A DNA stretch of 64,000 nt from the human T2T-CHM13v2.0 reference genome, Homo sapiens. The DNA is taken from assembly GCF_009914755.1 (NCBI RefSeq), contig NC_060932.1; one strand, given 5' to 3'. Positions 11,571 to 20,614 of the stretch are shown one piece after another; positions within the stretch are counted from its first letter, which is position 1; each line of letters begins with the position of its first letter. A program made the position numbers and the translations under genes. The notes under the pieces are model-generated. The model made no database searches. It was given only the letters and a program-made list of their open reading frames with translations, and had not been told where the DNA came from.

Positions 11571-12531
11571 TAAATTTCATGATTTGGGCAGCATTTTTTT
11601 TATAAAGGCAGGGCCATAACTTTGAGGAGGACAGACAAGTTTCTATATCCTTCGTGTAGAAAAAAAAAGGCAATCACAATGCTGATTTCAAACATGTTGG
11701 ATAAAACAGTAACCAGGCATGTCCGGTGTGTAGAGTGAGATGCTACTGTGTTTTGAAACACAATGGAAAGGCTCTTGATTAATGTATCTTATGAGGAGAG
11801 GCCTAAATATAAATTTAAAAAATAGTTACACTAGTGTATCACTGCATAAGTATCTAAAAGAAGAACGACAACTGGATAACACAAGTGAGGGTCTATGTTC
11901 CCTGAACCGGAAGAGACAGGCAGGAGTCGGAATGATGAACCAGCACACTGGGGCGTTTTCTCATGTAGCCCAAGTGACCCCATGGTCTTCTCGAGCTTTG
12001 GAACCAGTCGCGTCCCCTTTGACACTGCACCCGGCTCCCAGTCTCTCAATCTTGTTGGCCCTCCGGCGATCTCCCGTTGGATGGATTGCTCCTGCTGAAA
12101 CTCGAGTCCCCTTTGATTTGCGCTTCATTAATTATTCATGATTCAGGTTGGAAGGCCTGCTGACGACCCCCTGTGGCCGTTCTCTGAGCTTTCCTGTCAC
12201 ATCGTTTCCTTCCACGCTCTTTGGTTCCTTATGGTCCTGCTCCTTCTGCTGTCAGAGGAGCAGAGAGTTGATCTTATTCATTCTGGATACGGATACTTTC
12301 TAGTTGATCTGGATAATCAAGATAACGACCCTCAACAGCGGCGGAGAGGGAGTAGCCAGTTGGTGTGTCTCAGAAAATCCCACTGAGTTCCGAGGCCTCC
12401 TAGATGTGGAATCCTGCTGAGAGTTGTTCCCAGGTCAGAGAATGGAGAGAGCCTGTGCATGATGGGATATCCCCGCCTAGATCTTTCAGTGAGTCTCTAC
12501 CTCAGCAACTCTTAGGATCAGGGGGAGAACC

Positions 12532-12804
12532 ATGGTGTCAGACATCCGGAAAGAAGACGGGATGAATGTTTTACCTCTGAAGTACATCCCAAATGTGGGA
12601 GTTAACTTCAGCTTTGCTGGGGTCTATTTGGCCAGTGAAACGCTGCCTGGTTCATTCGCACATCCGGAAGCCACTTCACGGGGGGCCGTCGCAACTGGAA
12701 CCACACACTTGGCATCGGCGGTTGAGCCAAATGGGGACTCGTGGTGCAAGCAACGCTCCCCACGTGTTAGCGTGCGTGAGATTCGGTTGGCGGAATTTTA
12801 CTAG
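12532..12804 (+). other. Candidate 90-aa small ORF (MVSDIRKEDG...RLAEFY), repeated at 20185, 27836, 35487, 43138, 50791, 58445
   Basis: Strong Kozak context gaaccATGG; peptide identical in all 7 copies; the three variable nucleotides I found are synonymous. No recognised homology. Confidence 0.3.
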
Positions 12805-12961
12805 GTGCGTGTTGGTAGAGTGGGGCTGAGGTTTTCTTGCTCCTGTGGATGTATAGGAAGTCAAAGGTCCTGCCCAGCCCTGCGGTCCCCTCAGTCAACT
12901 CTGTTTCGGAGACGTAACGATTTGGATTGCCAACAAGTCAAGATATGTTCAAGCCCTTGGA

Positions 12962-13995
12962 TGTAGGGTAAAGAAAGAGAGATCAGACTGCCACTGTGTC
13001 TATGTAGAAGGGGAAGACACAAGAGACTCCATTTTGAAAAAGACCTGTAGTTTAAACAATTGCTTTGCTGAGATGTTGATCATTTGTAGCTTTGCCGCAG
13101 CCCCTTCCTTTGACCCAACTTGGAGCTCACAAAAACCTGTGCTGTATAAAATCGAGGTTTAAGGGATCTAGGGCTGTGCAGGACGCGCCTTGTTAACCAA
13201 ATGTTTACGAGCAGTATACTTGGTAGAAGTCATTGCCATTCTCTAGTCTCAATAAACCAGGGGTGCAATGCACCGTGGAAAGCCACAGGGACCTCTGCCC
13301 TTGAAAGCAGGGTATTGTCCAAGGTTTCTCCCCATGTGTCAGTCTGAAATATGGCCTCGTGGGATGGGAAAGACCTGACTGTCCCCCAGCCTGACACCCG
13401 CAATGGGTCTGTGCTGAGGTGGATTAGTCAAAGAGGAAAGCCTCTTGCAGTTCAGATGGAGGAAGGCCACTGTCTCCTGCTTGCCCCTGGGAACTGAATG
13501 TCTCGGTGTAAAGCCCGATCGTACATTTGTTCAACTCTGAGCTCGGCGAAAAGCTGCCCTGTGGCGGGAGGCGAGACATGTTGGCAGTAATGCTGCCTTG
13601 TTATTCTTTACTCCGCTGAGATATTTGTGTGGAGAGAAACATAAATCTGGCCTACGTGCACGTCCAGGCATAGTACCTTCCCTTGAACTTAATAATGATA
13701 TGGATTCTTTTGCTCACGTGTTTGTTTTGTTGTTGTTGTTGTTGACCTTCCCCTTATTATCACCCTGCTCCCCTACTGCATTCCTTTGTGCTGAAATAAT
13801 GAAAATCATAATCAATAAAAACTGAGGGAACTCAGAGGCCGGTGCCGGTGCAGGTCCTAGGTGTGCTGAGTGCCGGTCCCCTGGACCCACTGTTGTCTCC
13901 CTATACTTTGTCTCTGTGTCTTATTTCTTTTCTCCGTCTCTCATCCCACCCGACTAGAAACACCCACAGGTGTGGAGGGGCAGGCCACCCCTTCA
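12962..13995 (+). mobile_element. Solo HERV-K(HML-2) LTR5A, unit 1
   Basis: TGTAGGGTAAAGAAAGAGAGATCAGACTG...GGCCACCCCTTCA, 1034 bp, TG...CA ends, 6-bp TSD CTTGGA at 12956-12961 and 13996-14001. Confidence 0.95.
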
Positions 13996-14063
13996 CTTGG
14001 AAAATCAGTTACACACAAACACGGAATGAGAGTCAAAAGACAATATGTCATCTTTTTGAGAAT

Positions 14064-14069
14064 TTTATT
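14064..14069 (-). terminator. FAM90A polyadenylation signal (AATAAA on the minus strand), present in every unit
   Basis: TTTATT on the plus strand about 540 nt past the stop codon and about 70 bp from the LTR end. Confidence 0.7.
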
Positions 14070-14129
14070 CACTTCAAAACACATTAAACACACATATGTA
14101 CAAAGGCATTCCAGAGCCCAGTTTTCGAG

Positions 14130-14420
14130 GCTGAGGAAAGACCCCGAGAGCGCTTCGCACAGCACGCTTCCCAGCGTCCGAAACTCTGCTCTCAGGGCGG
14201 GGCACAGCGGAAGGGCTGCACCTCTCAGGGTTCCCTAACTTTTCCCTTATTCAGTCATCTAGAGAGCAAATACACAGTAATTCCCCAGTTTCCTATTGAC
14301 GTCCCAGCGGAAGTCTGACTCCTGCGCGTCACGCAGTTTCTGAGGCAACGAATCTCTGGCACGGAAGCTTTTCCTGGCGCGTTTCCGGAGAACCACGCCA
14401 ACTACAACGTCCCTCACCAG
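14130..14420. promoter_or_regulatory. CpG-island-type promoter motif cluster inside the FAM90A 3'UTR (all units)
   Basis: GGGCGGGGC 14195-14203, TGACGTC 14297-14303, CGGAAGT 14308-14314, CGTCA 14327-14331, ACTACAACGTCCC 14401-14413. Confidence 0.5.
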
Positions 14421-14609
14421 AATTCAATGAGGCAGAGTCCCTACATCTGCTCCCTGCCTGGCCTGGGCTCCCACATCCACAGAAGCGCCACAGCCGGGGA
14501 GCTTCGGAGTCACCGCACAGAGTGTGCTCTCTGCTCTGCGCTCCTCAGTCCCACAGTCCCCTCCAAGTCACGGGAGCTGGAGGCCAAGGAGCCCCTGCCA
14601 CCTGCAGTC

Positions 14610-17600
14610 TCACTCCAGGTCAGAATCGCTGTCCTCTGAGGAGGAGGAAACCTGAAGGTCCTCATAGAGGACGCTCGGTGGGACACGAACACAGGGACCC
14701 TCAGACTTCTCTGACACATGAGGGCTCTGAGCGAGGAAGGCTCCCGGCTTCTCAGGAGAGTGAAATGAGGGGGCCGCCAGGAGGCTGGAGCTCCAGCGTC
14801 CGTTTTCCAGTCTCCGGAAGAGCACTCTGAGAGGCTGGGCCCCATCATGGCTGGCCGCTGAGTGATGGGACATGGTGCAGGCCTGGGCAGTAGGCAGGCA
14901 AGGTGTGCTGTGCAGAGGCTGCCGGTCGACGCTGGGCACCTGGGCCGGTGTCCTCCTGCCCATCTGGGGCGACGTACTTGTTCCAAGTTCGGTTGCGGCT
15001 GGCGGAGGTTGGAGATTCTCCAGGGCCCCCAGCTCACCTCCCTGGATGGCGCTTTCGGGGATCTGGAAGGGACCCAGTCTCGGTTTCTTGGGGAAGTTCA
15101 GGCAAGCCTGAATCGGAGCCTGGGCAGGTCTCTTGGCTCCTGGCCCGAAGCTGAGATTGGAGCCTAGGCCCAAGCTGTGTGTGGCGGCTGGCGGGCAGGG
15201 CTGTGAGGTCACCGCAGGACGTTTGTCTTGTGCCTGGGGTCTGGCGGCCTGGAGCAGGCCGTGGGTTTTGGAGGCAGCCTGGGGAACTTCTCGGCAGCCA
15301 CCCTCAGGGCTGCTGTGTGTCGGCTTCACCACGAGGAGAGGCTCGCGGCCCTGGTGCCTGACTGCAGGCTGAGGCATGTCGGCCGCAGCCCCTGTCTGTC
15401 TTTCCTTTGGTCCAAGACTTGAGGAGGAGCTCAGGCTGGCTTTTCTGAGGGGAGACAGTGAAGCCAAGACGGAGCCCCTGCCAGACATTTCGGCAGCTGA
15501 GCGATCAGCGAGGACAGGGTCCACGCGCGGCCTCTTACTGGTTGTGTGGACCGGCATTGGCCCGCTTGCAACCTGAAAGAGAGGAAACAACACAGGTTAG
15601 AAGTTCCTCAGCATGGAGCCAACGTGAAAATCAAGCACATCCAAAGACAAGGTGCACACGCCATGAAATTCTTAGTACAGTATCGACAGGCGGTCCTTGG
15701 AAGTAGGGACAGACCCTCCACCTGAGTGCTGATCAGGACAAGACACATGAAAGATGCGCTCTCGAGCTATGTGTAGCTGATCTAAGCACACCATTGTTCA
15801 AAAGATCGCGTCTTGGGCATTAACTGGATCAAAGCGCCTCCACTCAGCCTTCCATGAAGTGGAACAGACTAATGCCCTTCCCGAGGCAGGTTGCTGGCTC
15901 AAGGGTACTCGGGACGTCTTCTCTGAACACATGCATGTTCCTGGGTTTCGCCTTCTCCACGTTTGGGGCCTCTGAGGGACTAATTTCCTCATGCCGCTAG
16001 GAACGTGTTGTTGGCAGGCTTGCCATAATTGGACAGAAAGAAAGCCACAGGAAATACGGCATCTTCAGATGCCTTCGCCTGGAATCCAATTGACCTGGAA
16101 GGATCGTGGAGTCCCTGACCCCAAGAAGGCAAGAAAGAGGGGTTCCCCGATTTCCTCCCGCAGACGGGAAGCTGAAAGGAAATCAACCAGGGTGACCTAG
16201 AGGAGAAAAAGACCAGGGGCCCGGGGTGACACTCGCCCTCAGATGATCAGAAGATTCCGTGGATCCTTTTCCATTCGGCAGCGGCTTCTCTGGAGGTTTC
16301 CCGGAAAACATGTGGAGGAGAGCCTTCCTCTGCGGGTCTTGTTGCCTGCAGAACAGAAGAAGGTCAGGCGGTGCCCCCTGGTTTTCCCCAGGAGACAGGG
16401 AGAACCCCGTCTGGGGCCCAGCCCCATTCCGTGTTTTGTGATACAGAAATGGACATCTGGTGCCCTTTCCGCCTCTGCACCTTCCCTCACGTGCCAACCT
16501 TCCCATCCTCCAGGTGGCCCTCTAGGCTTCCCAACTAAGGACTGTGATTTGGATTCCATCGCTTTTCCCGCTGTCGTGGGGAACCTGCACGAAGCGCCCC
16601 CGCCTCTCCCCGTCCCTGAATCTCCCAGAGCCCAAGGAGCTCCTGGGTGTGGAACCCCGGAGGACACGGAGCTCCGGCCTATTTCTCTGCAGCGTTCCTT
16701 CCCTGGCCCGGAGACGGAAAGGCACACGGTGTGCAGGTGCAGAGACACCATGTCCTTAGGAGGCAGTACCCTAAGAGTGGTGAAAACCCCTCCCACTGCT
16801 CACCTTGGTCTCTCTTCCTTCTCTCCCTTATCCTTGTTCAAGGGCCCCGGGTTGGCTTCACCCCGGGGCTTCCATGGTTTCAGGTTTTCCTTCCCTTCCT
16901 TTTTCCCCAAGGTCGCTGGAACCAGGGCTGCCTTCCAGCACTTCATGGGGCACCTGGTACTTCTGGCCGTGTGGCCAAAGGCCCCGCAGTTTTTGCACTT
17001 GAGCTGTGGGTGGAAAGGAAGTGATGTCAGTGAGTGAGCTGAAGCCACAGGCAGCGATCCCACGTCAACATTGGGACGGATTGTGAATTCAGAGCTGAAT
17101 AAGGATTCCAAAGAGGGGACACCGGCATGGGGGCCGTTAAGTGCTGGGAGAGTTCGGATACGATGTTCCCTCGCAAAGCCCATGGGACGGAGGAACTCTG
17201 AAAGGAAGGACTCAAGGTTCCAAGGGGCACGATGGTGAAGCCGATGTCAACAACGCAGCCAAACGTGGCTACACAGGACTCTAAGTAGAAAGGGAGGTTG
17301 CCCCCAAGAGTCTCTCAAGGGACCTATCGGGCCGGGGAGAAGGTCCCAAGCCACGCCCACCTTGGATGGGAAAAGCAACCTGGCTGGTGGTGACAGAACT
17401 CTTTGGAATCCAACCCAGTCTCTGAGGACCGTGGGACACCCCCTCCCCCCGTCCCCACCCCCACCCCGATACCCAAGAGATCCAGGGCTAGACTTACCCT
17501 GGGATCTTCTTCATCGGGCGGGGGAGCCCTTGGCCCAACTGGGGCCCTCCGCTGCTTCTGGAGGGTCTGGGCTCTCACCAGTCTCTTGGCCCAAGATTTG

Positions 17601-17620
17601 GGGTCCCGACGTGCCATCAT
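14610..17620 (-). CDS. FAM90A: FAM90A family protein, copy 1, 464 aa. Exons 17620-17498, 17003-16804, 16345-16237, 15572-14610; GC donor at the last intron
   Basis: MMARRDPKSWAKRLVRAQ...LKCKNCGAFGHTARSTRCPMK...VLYEDLQVSSSSEDSDSDLE; 123+200+109+963=1395 nt with matched splice phases. Confidence 0.93.
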
Positions 17621-18178
17621 CTTCGTCTCCTGGGGGTTTTATGACCGCCTTTTTCAGGGGTGGACTGTTGGGCCACCTGAAACACACAGAAACACACACA
17701 TGTCGATGGTTAAGCACGTTGGATATTCACACACCCACAGGAAGCCACCTGCTAACTCCCTGCCTGTGTGGTCATGAGGAGACCTCACCACCAGTCGGTC
17801 AAATCTGTAGAACACAATGTGCTGTGTGCATCCTCGGATACTGTGTGTTCCTCTGCCATGACTACCTAGTCCAAGAGTAAACCCCACCTGCCACAGGGCC
17901 CGTGGCCTAGGTATGGGGGGTTGAGCTTTCAACCCCAAACAAACAACTGATTCTGGAGACTGGACTTAGGTCTCTCACGATTCACTCCGGTAGAAGACAC
18001 GGTGATTCTATCTCCCTTGACGGACAGAATGATCGAAGACACAGGGCATGGCGTGTGCCACCCTTTGGCAGGTCTGCTTGAAGTCACGGATAAGGGATGC
18101 TTCCTGTGACAACTTGAATCGCTACTCTTGCCATTTCATTAGGCAACTTCCAAACACAAATTCATACAGAGAAGTTAC

Positions 18179-18745
18179 CTTCCTCTCTACCGCACTAGCA
18201 GGTGATGGTCTTTCCTGTTCTATCTTTTGGCTTTAGCTCCAGCACCTCTTTGTTTATTTTCCTGGTATTTTACGCATACCACACGAATTCATCTGAACAA
18301 ACGGGGAAGAAGTGCCGTATCGTATCGACGTCTTACACGGCTGAAGGGCAAACCCCCCTTTTTTCCAAAGTCCTTTTTCCGTTTACCCACCAATTCAGCA
18401 TGCTGCAGTACATTTCTTTTCGCATTCCCATCTTGGTCTTCTCCCACACGTGGAGACGGGTATGTTTTCTCGTTTTCTGTTCCAAGAATTACTAGTAACG
18501 AGAACACATCCTACCCCACCAGCAAGCCCCAGTGTGATCGGTTTCTTTCGGCCTCCTTTGTCTCTTCCTCCCCCACACCCCCCGCAAAAACCCCTCAGGG
18601 ATTGCGTGAAACAAACAATTGTTCAGCGAAACTAACCTGAAATTACACGTCTACTTTCTTTCCCAGGCTGGCGCTGAGATGGGCAGGTGCTGCAGCAGCC
18701 CGGCTGGAAGCGATGCAGCATCCAGGACGACGGAGGAAGGGGCGG
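18179..18745 (-). other. Predicted FAM90A non-coding 5' exons (~18745-18637 and 18292-18179); first coding exon starts at 17676
   Basis: Donors CAG|GTTAGT (18637/18636) and AAG|GTAACT (18179/18178); acceptors ttcttccccgtttgttcag| (18292) and tgtgtttcag| (17676). The TSS is inferred about 30 nt downstream of the TATA box. Confidence 0.6.
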
Positions 18746-18772
18746 AGAGGGACCTCTGCTTTCCAGGCTGCC

Positions 18773-18861
18773 TTTTATACTGCCTCTGGTCACCTGACAT
18801 GGAACGTACCCTAACCTAATCAGTTACCTGTACCTTAATTGCAATTAACTTAATCCAATTA
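18773..18861 (-). promoter_or_regulatory. FAM90A core promoter: TATAAAA, DUX4 site and homeodomain palindromes (also 26424-26512, 34075-34163, 41726-41814, 49379-49467, 57033-57121)
   Basis: TATAAAA (minus) 18773-18779; TAACCTAATCA 18812-18822; TTAATTGCAATTAA 18835-18848; TAATCCAATTA 18851-18861. Confidence 0.75.
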
Positions 18862-19020
18862 CATGACCTGGAAAGGTCTGTCTGCACAGCCCACTCTAAG
18901 ATCATGTCCACTGCTGACAGACATTCTAAAACCTACTTGTACAGCTGCAAGCTTTGAACAATAGATGTTCCCCGTCAGACATGTAACACTGGTGCCTGTA
19001 CCCCTGTCTTCTTTTCCATC

Positions 19021-19054
19021 TTTTTTGTTGTTTTGTTTTGTTTTGTTTTGTTTT
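19021..19054. repeat. (TTTTG)n simple repeat (each unit)
   Basis: Directly visible. Confidence 0.85.
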
Positions 19055-20614
19055 AAAAAATGTGGTAAAATAGACACCTTTTAATTGGACCACATTTTGT
19101 CTATCTCGACGTAGGCCTCAGTGTCATCAAGGAGACTCTGCTTGACATGCAGTCACGGCCATGATCCATCTTCAGAGCTTCTCTTTCTTCCCCAAGGTAA
19201 GTCTGTCAGCAGAGAACCCTGACCGCACCCTCATGTGTTTTCTCCCCCAGGAGGCGCTTGGAAACCACCGTGAATTGGACCGCACTGGGAAACACAGATG
19301 AGGAAAGTCAACAACGCTTTGTCCTTCAGTGCCTGGCTCCTTTTTCAGCTCGTCTTGCGACTCCAGGCATTATGCCTGAAAAGTCTCCCGGACGCCTGTG
19401 AGGCTGTAATTCCCTGGGTCCCATTGCCATGTCTCTGGATTTGCGAAGATCCACCGCACCTTCTGTGGAACTCCCGTGTCGGTGAACTTTTGTGCCACGG
19501 CCCCTAATTCTGCCCATGGTCATCCGCACCTGCACGACTTAGGGTCCATGTTCCTTGGACGGGAAGAGACAGGCAGGAGTCGGAATGATGAACCAGCACA
19601 CTGGGGCGTTTTCTCATGTAGCCCAAGTGACCCCATGGTCTTCTCGAGCTTTGGAACCAGTCGCGTCCCCTTTGACACTGCACCCGGCTCCCAGTCTCTC
19701 AATCTTGTTGGCCCTCCGGCGATCTCCCGTTGGATGGATTGCTCCTGCTGAAACTCGAGTCCCCTTTGATTTGCGCTTCATTAATTATTCATGATTCAGG
19801 TTGGAAGGCCTGCTGACGACCCCCTGTGGCCGTTCTCTGAGCTTTCCTGTCACATCGTTTCCTTCCACGCTCTTTGGTTCCTTATGGTCCTGCTCCTTCT
19901 GCTGTCAGAGGAGCAGAGAGTTGATCTTATTCATTCTGGATACGGATACTTTCTAGTTGATCTGGATAATCAAGATAACGACCCTCAACAGCGGCGGAAA
20001 GGGAGCAGCCAGTTGGTGTGTCTCAGAAAATCCCGCTGAGTTCCGAGGCCTCCTAGATGTGGAATCCTGCTGAGAGTTGTTCCCAGGTCAGAGAATGGAG
20101 AGAGCCTGTGCATGATGGGATATCCCCGCCTAGATCTTTCAGTGAGTCTCTGCCTCAGCTACTCTTAGGATCAGGGGGAGAACCATGGTGTCAGACATCC
20201 GGAAAGAAGACGGGATGAATGTTTTACCTCTGAAGTACATCCCAAATGTGGGAGTTAACTTCAGCTTTGCTGGGGTCTATTTGGCCAGTGAAACTCTGCC
20301 TGGTTCCTTCGCACATCCGGAAGCCACTTCACGGGGGGCCGTCGCAACTGGAACCACACACTTGGCATCGGCGGTTGAGCCAAATGGGGACTCGTGGTGC
20401 AAGCAACGCTCCCCACGTGTTAGCGTGCGTGAGATTCGGTTGGCGGAATTTTACTAGGTGCGTGTTGGTAGAGTGGGGCTGAGGTTTTCTTGCTCCTGTG
20501 GATGTATAGGAAGTCAAAGGTCCTGCCCAGCCCTGCGGTCCCCTCAGTCAACTCCGTTTCGGAGACGTAACGATTTGGATTGCCAACAAGTCAAGAAATG
20601 TTCAAGCCCTTGGA

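Noticed and set aside
13598-14238. ORFs within the LTR as retroviral genes
   Set aside because: Solo LTR with the TSD directly on both sides; no gag/pol/env or primer-binding site; frames are broken by microsatellite length changes.
16243-17037. 264-aa antisense ORF recurring in each unit
   Set aside because: Antisense shadow of GC-rich FAM90A exons and intron. It carries nonsynonymous variants between copies and loses its ATG in unit 7; recurrence only reflects unit identity.
17917-17936. Perfect hairpin GGGGTTGA-GCTT-TCAACCCC
   Set aside because: An 8-bp stem is too short for a miRNA or structured RNA call and is plausible by chance in an intron.
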